Part shown: piece by piece, positions 47,586 through 57,922 of the stretch
Layout of the letters: every line of letters starts with the position of its first letter
Position numbering within the stretch: position 1 is the stretch's first letter
Origin: Lutibacter sp.
GTDB lineage: Bacteria; Bacteroidota; Bacteroidia; Flavobacteriales; Flavobacteriaceae
Direction: 5' to 3'
Length of the DNA stretch: 64,000 nucleotides
Assembly (NCBI GenBank): GCA_027449025.1
Contig: DAIDMK010000014.1
Location: forward strand, 27-64,026
Notes under the pieces: model-generated
Database searches by the model: none
Seen by the model: the letters and a program-made list of their open reading frames with translations, nothing else
Told to the model about the DNA's origin: nothing
Translations under genes and position numbers: made by a program

Positions 47586-49229
47586 ATGATTTCAGTAGAA
47601 GGATTGAGCGTAGAGTTTGGCGGAACAACACTTTTTAAAGATATTTCTTTTGTCATAAACGAGAAGGACCGCATCGCTCTAATGGGAAAAAATGGCGCGG
47701 GAAAATCAACCTTGCTTAAAATAATTGCCGGATACCAAAAAGCTTCCAGCGGACGAATTTCTGTCCCAAAAGATAAAATTACCGCTTATTTGCCACAGCA
47801 TTTAATGACAGAAAATGAGCGAACTGTATTTGAAGAAGCTTCCCAAGCATTTTCCGAAATATTGGCCATGCAAACTAAAATGGATGAATTGAATCATCAG
47901 TTGACCGTTCGCACCGATTATGAATCTGAGGAATATTACAATATTATTGAACAAGTTTCTGCACTTAGCGAAAAATTATACAGCAACGGCGAAATCAATT
48001 TTGATGCGGAAGTGGAAAAAATTCTATTGGGATTGGGTTTTGAACGCGCCGATTTTAATCGACCAACTTCCAATTTTAGCGGTGGCTGGCGCATGCGTAT
48101 TGAGCTTGCAAAAATATTGTTGCAAAATCCAGATTTAATTTTACTGGATGAACCAACAAACCACCTCGATATTGATTCTGTGCAATGGTTAGAAAATTTC
48201 CTTGTAAACAGTGGCAAAGCCGTAATCGTGATTTCTCACGACAGGGCATTTGTGGATCGCATCACCACGCGAACCATTGAAGTAACTATGGGTCGCATTT
48301 ACGATTATAAAGTTAATTATTCTAAATACCTTGAACTGCGCAAAGAACGCCGAGAACAACAGCAAAAACAGCTAGAAGAACAACAAAAGATTATTGCCGA
48401 CACGCAGGAATTTATCGACCGGTTTAAAGGAACGTATTCAAAAACATTACAGGTGCAATCGCGCGTAAAAATGCTCGAAAAGCTTGAAATTGTTGAAGTT
48501 GATGAAATAGACACTTCTCATTTAAAACTCCGCTTTCCGCCTTCTCCCCGCTCCGGAACTTATCCGGTAACGGCTGAAAATGTTGCAAAATCATACGATA
48601 AACACCTCGTGTTTGATGACGCAACTTTTGCGATTCAACGTGGCGAAAAAGTAGCATTCGTAGGGAAAAATGGTGAAGGAAAATCCACTCTTATCAAAGC
48701 CATTATGGGCGAAATTGAGCATGGTGGCAAACTAACGCTCGGCCATAACACTATGATTGGCTATTTTGCCCAAAATGAAGCGTCTTTGTTGGACGAAACT
48801 TTCACCGTTTTCCAAACAATTGACAATGTGGCCATAGGCGATATCAGATCCAAAATAAAGGATTTTTTGGGTGCTTTTATGTTTGGTAGTGAAGACTGGG
48901 ACAAAAAAGTGAAAGTGCTGTCGGGAGGAGAACGAACCCGATTGGCCATGATTAAATTATTGCTCGAGCCTGTAAATCTTTTAATTCTGGATGAACCCAC
49001 AAACCATCTCGATATGAGAACCAAAGACATCTTAAAACAAGCGCTTATGAATTTCGACGGAACCTTAATTTTAGTGTCGCACGATCGAGATTTTTTAGAT
49101 GGAATGGTAAGCAAAATATACGAATTTGGTAACAAACGCGTCAGTGAACATTTTGAAGGAATCCAGGAGTTTTTGGAACGTAAAAAAATGGTGCGTTTAA
49201 ATGAGTTGGAAACAGCTGTTAAAAAGTAA
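47586..49229 (+). CDS. ABC-F family ATPase (two NBDs, no TM domain)
   Basis: Two Walker A motifs (GKNGAGKST, GKNGEGKST), two signatures (FSGGWRMR, LSGGERTR) and a charged interdomain linker. Confidence 0.9.
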   Translation: MISVEGLSVEFGGTTLFKDISFVINEKDRIALMGKNGAGKSTLLKIIAGYQKASSGRISVPKDKITAYLPQHLMTENERTVFEEASQAFSEILAMQTKMDELNHQLTVRTDYESEEYYNIIEQVSALSEKLYSNGEINFDAEVEKILLGLGFERADFNRPTSNFSGGWRMRIELAKILLQNPDLILLDEPTNHLDIDSVQWLENFLVNSGKAVIVISHDRAFVDRITTRTIEVTMGRIYDYKVNYSKYLELRKERREQQQKQLEEQQKIIADTQEFIDRFKGTYSKTLQVQSRVKMLEKLEIVEVDEIDTSHLKLRFPPSPRSGTYPVTAENVAKSYDKHLVFDDATFAIQRGEKVAFVGKNGEGKSTLIKAIMGEIEHGGKLTLGHNTMIGYFAQNEASLLDETFTVFQTIDNVAIGDIRSKIKDFLGAFMFGSEDWDKKVKVLSGGERTRLAMIKLLLEPVNLLILDEPTNHLDMRTKDILKQALMNFDGTLILVSHDRDFLDGMVSKIYEFGNKRVSEHFEGIQEFLERKKMVRLNELETAVKK

Positions 49230-49393
49230 ATATTGTTATAACAAAGCAGATTGGCAAAAATGAAGAAATTTGCGAGATTTGCGTAATACTTTGCGAAATT
49301 GGCGGTTAAAAATGAAATCATATAGTTAAACACCAAACTTATTTGTTAAACAGGAAATTGACATAGTGTTTTAAATAAAATTTTATAAGAATT

Positions 49394-50176
49394 TTGAAAA
49401 GGAAAATCAGCATATTGGGTTGTGGTTGGCTGGGTAAACCATTGGCTCTAAGTTTAATTGAACAAGGCTATCAAATTAAAGGCTCCACTACTTCTGTAGC
49501 CAAACTTGACGAATTTCAAGAAATGGGAATAAGTCCATTTTTAATTAATCTTGACTCTTTAACACACAATATTCTAGCATTTTTAGATTCGGAAATTTTA
49601 ATTGTGGCATTGCCTTCTAAAGATCTTGAAGGTTTTAGAAATTTAATTAGCCACATTGAAAATTCTTCTTTAAAAAAAATTATTTTCATCAGTTCCACTT
49701 CGGTTTATGGAAATTCAGATGAAATGATTACAGAAGAAACTGAAACACTGCCTTCAGCATTAACAGCCATTGAAATGTTATTTAAAAACTCTAGCTATTT
49801 TGAGACTACCATCATCCGTTTTGCAGGTTTGTTTGGTTATAACAGAAAACCAGGTAATTTTTTTAAAAACGGACGAAAAATACCAAATCCAGATGGTTTT
49901 GTTAATATGATTCATCAAGACGATTGCATTCAGCTTATTGAAAAAGTTATTAAAAAAAATGCCTGGAATCAAATTTTTAATGGCTGCGCCGACACGCACC
50001 CAACAAGAAGGGAATTTTATACCAAATCAACTTTAGATATCGAACTTGAATTACCTGATTTTGAAGAAAATACAGAAATACAACAAAAAATTATATCCAA
50101 CAAAAAATCCAAAGAATTATTGGGTTTTGAGTATAAATATGGAGATTTATTAAGGTTGGATTATAATAAACTATAA
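49394..50176 (+). CDS. NAD(P)-binding Rossmann-fold oxidoreductase/epimerase-like protein
   Basis: N-terminal ILGCGWLG dinucleotide motif. TTG start, since there is no in-frame ATG after the upstream stop. Confidence 0.7.
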   Translation: MKRKISILGCGWLGKPLALSLIEQGYQIKGSTTSVAKLDEFQEMGISPFLINLDSLTHNILAFLDSEILIVALPSKDLEGFRNLISHIENSSLKKIIFISSTSVYGNSDEMITEETETLPSALTAIEMLFKNSSYFETTIIRFAGLFGYNRKPGNFFKNGRKIPNPDGFVNMIHQDDCIQLIEKVIKKNAWNQIFNGCADTHPTRREFYTKSTLDIELELPDFEENTEIQQKIISNKKSKELLGFEYKYGDLLRLDYNKL

Positions 50177-50192
50177 TAATTTTTACATTTTA

Positions 50193-51752
50193 TTACTGCA
50201 ACATTTTTATAGCTGCTTCAGCGCATCGTTCACCATCCATGGCAGCAGAAACAATGCCGCCAGCATAACCTCCACCCTCACCACAAGGGAAAAGTCTGGC
50301 AATTTCTGGATGCTCTAAATTTTCTTTTCTCGGGATATTTACAGGAGACGACGTTCGAGATTCAACCCCAACAACATTGGCTTCTTCGGTATAAAAACCT
50401 TTCATCTTTTGTCCGAATGCCGCAAAACCCGTTCTCAGCCTTCCCCCTATTATTTTTGGCAACAAGGAATGTAAAGGCGCTGAATTTAATCCGGGCTGAT
50501 AGGATGTTTCATTTAAGGAATTGGACAAACGACCTTCCACAAAATCCGTGAGTCGTTGTGCTGGTGCAACCTGAGTTCTTCCTCCTGCCATAAAAGCCAA
50601 CTTTTCTAAATCCTTTTGAAATTCCAACCCTTTCAAAACACCAAATTTCTCGTATTTGTACAAATCTTTTTCAGCATTTATTTCAACCACAATACCTGAA
50701 TTTGCAAACTTGCTGTTGCGTTTTGAAGGCGACATCCCGTTAACCACCACTTCTCCCGGTGATGTTGCGGCTGGTACAATAAATCCGCCCGGACACATAC
50801 AAAATGAGTAAACACCTCTATTATTAACCTGCTCAACAAGGCTGTAAGAAGCTGCTGGCAACAATTCATTTCTCTCTCCGTCGCAATGGTATTGAACGGA
50901 ATCTATAATTTGCTGGGGATGTTCCACCCTTACGCCCATGGCAAAAGATTTGGCTTTTAAGAAAATATTTTTTCTCTGCAATAAATAATAAATATCCCGC
51001 GCCGAATGCCCGGTGGCTAAAATCAATGCTTCAACAGGCATTTCTTTATCATTCTGTAATTTAATGGCTTTCAGTTTATGATCTTTTATAATAAAATCTA
51101 CTACCCTGCTTTCAAAATGAATTTCACCGCCACATTTCAGGATAGTTTCCCTGATGTTTTCAACAATTTTGGGCAATTTATTGGTTCCTATGTGTGGGTG
51201 GGCATCAACAAGGATTTCCTCACTGGCACCATGAAAAACAAAGTTCTCAAAAACCCTGCGAACATCACCACGTTTTAAGCTTCTTGTGTATAATTTTCCA
51301 TCGGAATACGTGCCTGCACCACCTTCACCAAAACAGTAATTAGAATCTTCATCAACAATATGGAACTGATTTATGGCACGTAAATCACGCCTTCTTTCCT
51401 TCACTTTTTTTCCTCTTTCCAGCACAATAGGTTTGTAGCCCAATTCAATGCAGCGTAATGCAGCAAACATTCCAGCTGGACCAAAACCAATAATATGAAT
51501 TTCTTTGGCCTTGGAAACATCCTTGTATTCAAATAAGTATTCAGAAGATTCTGGTAGTTGCTCGTGAATATATACGGCAACTTTATAATTAAAAACAATT
51601 TCAGACTTTCGGGCATCTATAGATTTCCGCAACACTTTTACAGCATTGATGTCTTTTTCTGCAACCGCTAACAAACGCGCCGCTTTTTTCTTTAAAATAC
51701 CGTCAATCTTTTCTTCTTGAATGGGAATCCGAAGCTGAATTTCTTTTACCAT
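50193..51752 (-). CDS. FAD-dependent oxidoreductase (COG2509-like)
   Basis: IIGFGPAGMFAA FAD motif about 90 aa from the N-terminus, and a C-terminal GEGGGYAGGI motif. The ATG at 51752 is preferred over the TTG at 51770. Confidence 0.8.
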   Translation of the reverse strand: MVKEIQLRIPIQEEKIDGILKKKAARLLAVAEKDINAVKVLRKSIDARKSEIVFNYKVAVYIHEQLPESSEYLFEYKDVSKAKEIHIIGFGPAGMFAALRCIELGYKPIVLERGKKVKERRRDLRAINQFHIVDEDSNYCFGEGGAGTYSDGKLYTRSLKRGDVRRVFENFVFHGASEEILVDAHPHIGTNKLPKIVENIRETILKCGGEIHFESRVVDFIIKDHKLKAIKLQNDKEMPVEALILATGHSARDIYYLLQRKNIFLKAKSFAMGVRVEHPQQIIDSVQYHCDGERNELLPAASYSLVEQVNNRGVYSFCMCPGGFIVPAATSPGEVVVNGMSPSKRNSKFANSGIVVEINAEKDLYKYEKFGVLKGLEFQKDLEKLAFMAGGRTQVAPAQRLTDFVEGRLSNSLNETSYQPGLNSAPLHSLLPKIIGGRLRTGFAAFGQKMKGFYTEEANVVGVESRTSSPVNIPRKENLEHPEIARLFPCGEGGGYAGGIVSAAMDGERCAEAAIKMLQ

Positions 51753-51848
51753 AAGTGCAAAATTACTCAAATTTTAGCGAAAAGATGATATGACTGAATC
51801 GCAATTTTTTCAATGGAGCTTATTGCAAGCTAAATTCTATTTACAAAT

Positions 51849-52613
51849 TTATTTTGGCTTCTTGTTTTGTTTCTTTGCCTTTTTTACTAGCCTTGGCAAT
51901 ACCTCTTCTGGAAATGGGAAAAGTATGGTTGAATTCTTTTCTGAGGCTATATTTGCGAGGGTTTGATAAAGCCTTAATTTAATGGCAGAAGGAGATTGAT
52001 CTATCAATTTTCCTGCTTCAAGCAATTTACCTGCAGCTTGTTCTTCTGCAAGTGCCAAAATAATTCTTGCTCTTCTGGAGCGTTCCGCTTCTGCCTGATT
52101 GGCCATCATTCGTCGCATATTTTCTGGCAATTGAATGTCTTTAATTTTAACATCAATAATTTCAATACCCCAAACCTTAGTTTCCTGTTCAACTATCGTC
52201 TTAATATTTTTACCCATTTCTTCACGATTTGACAAAATGGTATCCAATTCCACTTTTCCGCAAACATCTCTTAAGGCCGCCTGAGCCAATTGTGAGATGG
52301 CAAATTTAAAATCCTCCACTTCCAAAACGGCTTTCTCGGGATTATTGACTTTATAAAAAACAACACCGTCTATACTACAAGGCACATTGTCTTGGGTCAT
52401 CACCTCTTGTGATACAATATTAATTGTTATCACTCTAATATCCACAACCTGAATAGTTTCCATCACTGGAATAATCCACCTGAAACCAGGTTCCAATGTC
52501 TTAATGAATTTTCCAAATCTAAATTTTAAGGCTCTTTTGTATTCAAAAATAATTCGTATTCCGCTAAAGAGAAACAATCCTAATAGTAATAGAATAAATA
52601 GTGATGGGTTCAT
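51849..52613 (-). CDS. SPFH/band-7 (stomatin/slipin-like) membrane protein
   Basis: N-terminal TM, an SPFH core, and a RARIILA.AE..A C-terminal helix. Confidence 0.9.
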   Translation of the reverse strand: MNPSLFILLLLGLFLFSGIRIIFEYKRALKFRFGKFIKTLEPGFRWIIPVMETIQVVDIRVITINIVSQEVMTQDNVPCSIDGVVFYKVNNPEKAVLEVEDFKFAISQLAQAALRDVCGKVELDTILSNREEMGKNIKTIVEQETKVWGIEIIDVKIKDIQLPENMRRMMANQAEAERSRRARIILALAEEQAAGKLLEAGKLIDQSPSAIKLRLYQTLANIASEKNSTILFPFPEEVLPRLVKKAKKQNKKPK

Positions 52614-52732
52614 AATTATTTGAGTTAAGTTAATTTATTAACAGTAATTTGAATAAACAATATTTATAAGACATTAAAAGATTAAGATTCAATAAACAAG
52701 CTCAATCATCAGTATTACAATATATTAACATC

Positions 52733-52757
52733 AAAAAAAGGAAGTGTAAAACTTCTG
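52733..52757 (-). terminator. Rho-independent terminator closing the exported-protein array
   Basis: The minus-sense sequence reads GAAGT-TTTAC-ACTTC followed by a T-run (A7 on the plus strand at 52733-52739). Confidence 0.6.
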
Positions 52758-52846
52758 CCTCTGATATAGATATTACTCTAAAATTACAAAATTTAAATTT
52801 GACTACAAAATATTATATTTGAACCATCATATCACTTTGTTGCTAC

Positions 52847-53443
52847 TTACAAATCATTTGGTGGAATAGGGCTAGGTACAATGTTTTTTATTGGTTTAAC
52901 AGTTTTAAAAAATTCAAACATAGCTCTTAAGTCACTGTCTGTTAAATTCTTGAAATTTTGCCAAGGCATTGGAGGTAATAACATCCTTTGATCTTTAAGA
53001 CCTTTATATTTACCTTCTCTTAATGCCGTTTTGAAATTATCAAAAGTCCAATTCCCTATTCCTGTTTCGTGTGGTGTTAAATTTGCTCCATAAGACACGC
53101 CCCAAGGTCCAACAAAAGTCGTTAAACTATTATTCATTAAAATCCATTTCCCAGGACCAATATTGTTTTTATCTATTGTGTATAATGGTTCATCACTTGG
53201 ATGACCACTAAAACGTCTGTCTAGATCAGGAATCGGACCTTGAGGTGTCATTTTTTTTGGAGAATGGCAATCATCACATCCTATTGAATTTACTAAGTAT
53301 GCACCTCTCTCAATTATTTCTTGGAGGGTATCAATAGTTTTATACTGTTCATTTTGATTTAAACTTACGCTATTTTTGTCTTTGCAATTTGTAAAAAGTA
53401 TAATAGCCGTAAGACAGAAAGCATAAAAGATTATTTTTTTCAT
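52847..53443 (-). CDS. Monoheme c-type cytochrome, lipoprotein
   Basis: Lipobox LFTNC, a single CXXCH (CDDCH), and a distal Met candidate in PPMPW. Confidence 0.8.
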   Translation of the reverse strand: MKKIIFYAFCLTAIILFTNCKDKNSVSLNQNEQYKTIDTLQEIIERGAYLVNSIGCDDCHSPKKMTPQGPIPDLDRRFSGHPSDEPLYTIDKNNIGPGKWILMNNSLTTFVGPWGVSYGANLTPHETGIGNWTFDNFKTALREGKYKGLKDQRMLLPPMPWQNFKNLTDSDLRAMFEFFKTVKPIKNIVPSPIPPNDL

Positions 53444-53641
53444 TTTGATAAAATTTAAAGTTAATACGCCCTTAATAATTTATTACTTATGTAATATTTG
53501 CTTTTAAACATTATTTACCAACGCTATTTTCCGCAAATCATAATATATCCTATCTGAACATCCTTTTTTGACAAAATAAATAGTTCAAATACTGAGGAAG
53601 TCTTTTGATAGAAATCCTTAGTGGTATCATCAAATTTTAAT

Positions 53642-54169
53642 CTATTTTACTTTAGCGTCACTGTTATAAATATCCCTGATACATCTAAATTTTCCATTAC
53701 GTTTTTCCCAAATAGCCATATATTTTCCTGTTCTAATTACTTTACCCGATGCGTCTTTAGCTATCGCTGTGCCAATCTCAGTAACTATATTCCCATCACC
53801 AAATACCTCAAGTGCGTTATAAGAAACCGTTTCACCTTTAGCTTTCTTGGCAATATCCTCCTCTATTTCCTTTTGAATGGCCGCTTTTCCTATAGTCATC
53901 GGACCATTATTGGACAAACTAATCGCATCATCAGAATAAAAAGAAAGAACCGTTTTTACATCACGAGCATTATCTGCTGTTGCCCAAGCACTTTCCAAGA
54001 CTTGTATTTCATCTTTTATACCAACCATATCGGTCTTAGCTATTGCTGGTTCTTCCATTGCAGCTGGTTCATTAACAGTTTTTTTATCTGACGGTGAATT
54101 ACACCCAATAGAAAAAAGGGAAATTGCAAGACCTAGTATTGCAAGTTTAAATGAGTTCTTTTTGTTCAT
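53642..54169 (-). CDS. NTF2-like (DUF4440/SnoaL-like) lipoprotein
   Basis: Lipobox FSIGC and an NTF2-like cone pattern (LESAWATADNARDVKTVLSFYSDDA...GKYMAIWEKRNGKFRCIRDIYNSD). Confidence 0.7.
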   Translation of the reverse strand: MNKKNSFKLAILGLAISLFSIGCNSPSDKKTVNEPAAMEEPAIAKTDMVGIKDEIQVLESAWATADNARDVKTVLSFYSDDAISLSNNGPMTIGKAAIQKEIEEDIAKKAKGETVSYNALEVFGDGNIVTEIGTAIAKDASGKVIRTGKYMAIWEKRNGKFRCIRDIYNSDAKVK

Positions 54170-54260
54170 TTTCTTAAAATTTAATTTTTTGTCTACACGA
54201 TTCGGTTTTTGACTTAGCCTATTTTTAGTTTACATTTTTTTTGAAATAGGCATTCTAAAT

Positions 54261-54897
54261 TTATTTATTCGCCGCATCTGCAAGCTGCTTCGTATCAACA
54301 TATTGCTGAAAACCTACAACCTTGCCGTCTTTAAGTGTCCAATGATGTGCAACCTGAGCGTCGAAGATGGCCCCATTCTTTTTTAATTTTCCCTGATATC
54401 GTAAGGTAGCAAGCACCTGGTTGTTAGACATTTCATGCAATACTATATCTGTTAATTTAAAATAATTCATGGTCTGCGCCAATTCTTGCAAAAACACCAT
54501 TTAAAACAGCATCTGGTCCTATGTAAGGATTCCCATCAGCATAGGCATTTCCCTCTGCCTCATTCCAAACGATATTCGCATCCATTGTAGCCAGAACCGC
54601 AGGAATATCGCCGATAGCAAATGCTTTGTAGGCGCCATCAATGATATTTAAATTTGTGGGAGTTTTATTATTTACAGACTTTTCTAAAGAAGGTATATTA
54701 AAAAGATAGGCTGTATCACTTTCCTTGAATATCCTATATTTGGTCACTTTATAGCCTTGTCCGTAAACATTATCCGATGTACTTACTGTATTATAAGTAA
54801 ATGTTGAATTGATTGATTTTTCATTAGTTTGACTTATTACATTACTTGTTAAAGCAAATAATAAAAGAATTACGAAGAAAATTTTAATTGTTTTCAT
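54261..54897 (-). pseudogene. SnoaL/NTF2-like exported protein split by a +1 frameshift
   Basis: ORFs 54457..54897 and 54261..54500 overlap. They join as ...GVFARIGADHE(L)FKLTDIVLHE... if one T of the T4 run (plus-strand A4 at 54459-54462) is removed. Confidence 0.7.
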
Positions 54898-55015
54898 GAT
54901 TATTTTTTTAAGACGTTTTTCTATTTATAAAGAAATTCCTAAAAAAGAATTGTGGATTTGTAAATTGGATTCTATTTTTAGGAGTTTCAGGATTAAAAGT
55001 ATTCACTATAATATT

Positions 55016-55798
55016 TTAACGCACTTTTTTTATAAGTGTAGCCATATATTTATATTTCAAATCTCGCGTAGCGACTCCTTCTTTAAATTTTTGTATTTGT
55101 TCATTTGATAATGCAGGTAAATTTGTCGCGCCACCTTTAAATAGTTGATTATAATCTTTATACATATCCGCAGTTATATGTGAAGCATAAACATCACTTC
55201 CCACTGGCAATATATATCGCATCAAGCCCCAATTACCTCTAGCCCCAGCATCAACCTCCTTTTGGGCCATAGGTTGGAAAATTTCGGTTTCAAATTTTTC
55301 ATATTTATCATAATTTTCATCAGACACTTTCATTAAATTTATTCCGGCAATTGTTCCCAAAGGCATCTCAAAATTATCTTTTGTGGCGGCTATTTGCTCT
55401 AAAAAAACGCGAACGGCCAAATCTCTGGATTTTGAGGTGCTCATAAATTTTTTATTAAGCTCTTCCTTGGTCATTTTAGGATAGGCGGTTTTTAAGGCTG
55501 CCTCAAAATCTCCTGTACCGCTCAGCATTTTTACTGGATCATTATACAGTGTTACAGTTAAGTATTGAAATCCTTGATCTTCACCTCCCGGTTGGAGGCT
55601 CCAAAGATCCCATCCTAAAATATCACCATTTTTAGTTCTTTGTTCATGTATTTTTTCCCAAAATGATTCCGTTTCCATATAAGCGGCTTCTTGCTCATTG
55701 TCAACTTTCATAAATTCGAATATTAAATAGAGTTTGTCTTGTGCAACAACAGTGTTACCCAACAAGATTATTGCGATTAGCATTAGTAATTTTTTCAA
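55016..55798 (-). CDS. Exported protein built from two tandem alpha+beta (ferredoxin-like/dimeric-barrel-like) modules
   Basis: Signal peptide ...NTVVAQ. Internal duplication: LIFEFMKVDNEQEAAYMETESFWEKIHEQRTKNGDILGWDLW against GINLMKVSDENYDKYEKFETEIFQPMAQKEVDAGARGNWGLM. Confidence 0.6.
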   Translation of the reverse strand: MKKLLMLIAIILLGNTVVAQDKLYLIFEFMKVDNEQEAAYMETESFWEKIHEQRTKNGDILGWDLWSLQPGGEDQGFQYLTVTLYNDPVKMLSGTGDFEAALKTAYPKMTKEELNKKFMSTSKSRDLAVRVFLEQIAATKDNFEMPLGTIAGINLMKVSDENYDKYEKFETEIFQPMAQKEVDAGARGNWGLMRYILPVGSDVYASHITADMYKDYNQLFKGGATNLPALSNEQIQKFKEGVATRDLKYKYMATLIKKVR

Positions 55799-55845
55799 AA
55801 CTTTAAATATTTAGTTAGTTTATTGGTTTTATGTTGATTAAAAAA

Positions 55846-56355
55846 TTATTCTGTTTCAGCAGCCATTTTTGATGCGGTTTCAGTTTCCTGAATTGCCAAA
55901 ACAATTGGTGTATTGTCCCAATAACCGTATTCTCTTACAATTTTACCATCAATAAACTGTGCCGTTAAATGAACTGGGATTTCAATTTCTTTATTATTCG
56001 CGGCCAATGTACCTTTCCAAGTACCCCAAAAGTTAACCCAAGTCTTTCCATCATCGGTTACTACCATTTCATATTCCTGGCCATTTTCAACAAAACCTCT
56101 TGAAGAAAATACTGTTTCGTTATTTTGATGAAACTCAGGAATTTTATTGGCCTTCATTGGAACAGAAGTATTAAAAAATACGTTTGTAGTGTCCGCATAA
56201 TGAGATACCAATGATTTCCAGTTCTGGTTGCTGTAATCTTTAATTCCTGCCTTATACGTTTCAATTTCTGGTGATTGTTGCGTGTAACGTTCTGGTTTTG
56301 TGCTACAGGATGTAAATAGAACTATTGCAAGTCCCAATAAAATTAGTTTTTTCAT
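55846..56355 (-). CDS. NTF2/SnoaL-like lipoprotein
   Basis: Lipobox LFTSC and a C-terminal pattern IPVHLTAQFIDGKIVREYGYWDN. It is a clear paralog of 57923..58427. Confidence 0.7.
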   Translation of the reverse strand: MKKLILLGLAIVLFTSCSTKPERYTQQSPEIETYKAGIKDYSNQNWKSLVSHYADTTNVFFNTSVPMKANKIPEFHQNNETVFSSRGFVENGQEYEMVVTDDGKTWVNFWGTWKGTLAANNKEIEIPVHLTAQFIDGKIVREYGYWDNTPIVLAIQETETASKMAAETE

Positions 56356-56389
56356 CAGTTTTGTTTTTAGTTAGTAATTTTTGATAATA

Positions 56390-56866
56390 TTAATTTTTCA
56401 TTTCAACCCTAATCAAGCGAATGGAAATTGTTTTGCTTAAATTTTTAACGGAATGTGGTGCTTCCGCATCTTTCCACATGGTCATTGGAAATTTAAGGGG
56501 AGGTTTTATTTGCCGGGAATCCATAATGATATTGCCATCGCCATCATAATCTATAAAGTCGCCTGCCTCTTGAATGTAAAGGACACTTGGCCAACGGTGG
56601 TTGTGAACTTCCTCAGTTTCACCAGGTGAAAGAGTGACTTCCAAAACACGTACCTTTCCATTCTCCATTAAAATCTTATGGTTATCTGGTGCCGCAATAA
56701 CAGCATCTAAATTTGCCGGCCAATTATTTAATTCAACCAAATTATGTGGATCTACGGAATTATAAGCATATGTTTGGTTTGCTATTTTCTTGTTTTCCTG
56801 ACTGAAAGCCAGGTTCATAGAAGTTAATAAAATTAGAATTGCGAGATGCCATTTAATTTTTTTCAT
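56390..56866 (-). CDS. Exported cupin-domain protein
   Basis: Signal peptide ...LAFSQ and a cupin motif region (VLEVTLSPGETEEVHNHRWPSVLYI). Confidence 0.65.
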   Translation of the reverse strand: MKKIKWHLAILILLTSMNLAFSQENKKIANQTYAYNSVDPHNLVELNNWPANLDAVIAAPDNHKILMENGKVRVLEVTLSPGETEEVHNHRWPSVLYIQEAGDFIDYDGDGNIIMDSRQIKPPLKFPMTMWKDAEAPHSVKNLSKTISIRLIRVEMKN

Positions 56867-56910
56867 AATGAATAGATTATAAATGAATTTCTAGTTATGC
56901 TTTTTACGAA

Positions 56911-57840
56911 TTAATTCTGTAAAAACCCGATAGCAGGTTCAAAAGAAATACCCAATTCACAGGTTGCCTTTGCATTTTGATAGATAATTTTCGCCTTGTT
57001 TTTTGGCGGTTTGTTATTAAGTAGTAAGCTGATATCGGAAACCGGATAGCTTTCACTGCTTAATAGATAATTTTTACCATGAATGCCAAAAATGGTTGCT
57101 GCTTTATAAACGGCTTGAGCCACATCATTTACATCCACCATTGCAAATTCCACATCTTGCTTATAAATCATTTCAATAAATGGATTTGTCACAAGTTTAT
57201 TTTTAAACAAAAACTGTAATTCTACAGATGTTGAATCATTTCTTTTTGACAAGGCTTTACCCATTACGGCAACAGGAGATACCGTTGTGATTTCAAATTC
57301 TAAATAAGGATTGGTTTTTATAAAGTTTTCAACCGTTTTATTGGCGATAAATTTTGCCTGTGCATAAGGATGACCTTCTTCACTAAAAAAAGGTGTGTCA
57401 TTTTCACTAAAGGTGTCTTGTGGTGTTTTTCCTCCTGCCGGAAGCGGAAAATTGGTATTGTATGCAGCTACTGAGGCAACAAGCACCACTTTTTTTATTG
57501 TTTTTGATTTACTCACAACTTGTAAAAAGTTTTTTGTACCCATTATGGTTGGATTAAACAGTTCTTTTTGTGGGTTTTTCACATCCAATTTAAATGGCGT
57601 TCCACAATGAATAATAATTTCACAATCATGAGCGAATTTTTTTAATGTTTTAATGTTTTCAACATTTAACTCAGCCCATTTAATATTTTTGGAATTCTTT
57701 AAACCCAACAAATGTTGATGTTTCTCTGTTTTAAAAATATCAGTGACTGAAACTTTTACAATATAATTTTCTTCTAAAAACTTTTTAGTGATATAGCTTC
57801 CAATAAAACCCGAACCACCTATAATACCTATCTTTTTCAT
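56911..57840 (-). CDS. NAD(P)-dependent SDR/epimerase-family reductase (aldehyde or flavonol reductase-like), cytoplasmic
   Basis: GGSGFIGS dinucleotide motif at the N-terminus, catalytic YAQAK, and no signal peptide. Confidence 0.8.
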   Translation of the reverse strand: MKKIGIIGGSGFIGSYITKKFLEENYIVKVSVTDIFKTEKHQHLLGLKNSKNIKWAELNVENIKTLKKFAHDCEIIIHCGTPFKLDVKNPQKELFNPTIMGTKNFLQVVSKSKTIKKVVLVASVAAYNTNFPLPAGGKTPQDTFSENDTPFFSEEGHPYAQAKFIANKTVENFIKTNPYLEFEITTVSPVAVMGKALSKRNDSTSVELQFLFKNKLVTNPFIEMIYKQDVEFAMVDVNDVAQAVYKAATIFGIHGKNYLLSSESYPVSDISLLLNNKPPKNKAKIIYQNAKATCELGISFEPAIGFLQN

Positions 57841-57922
57841 ATATTTTATTAATTAAACTGCCCACACTTAAAATTTAAAATGAACAGATGTGTTTGGTTT
57901 ATTTAATCTTTTAGGTCTTTCT

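Noticed and set aside
48761-49336. 191-aa minus-strand ORF
   Set aside because: It is antisense to the second nucleotide-binding domain of the ABC-F gene, which carries unambiguous Walker and signature motifs.
53621-54091. 156-aa plus-strand ORF
   Set aside because: It is antisense to the NTF2-like lipoprotein gene. Its composition is Phe/Ile/Ser/Cys-rich and low in complexity, as expected for the reverse frame of AT-rich coding DNA.
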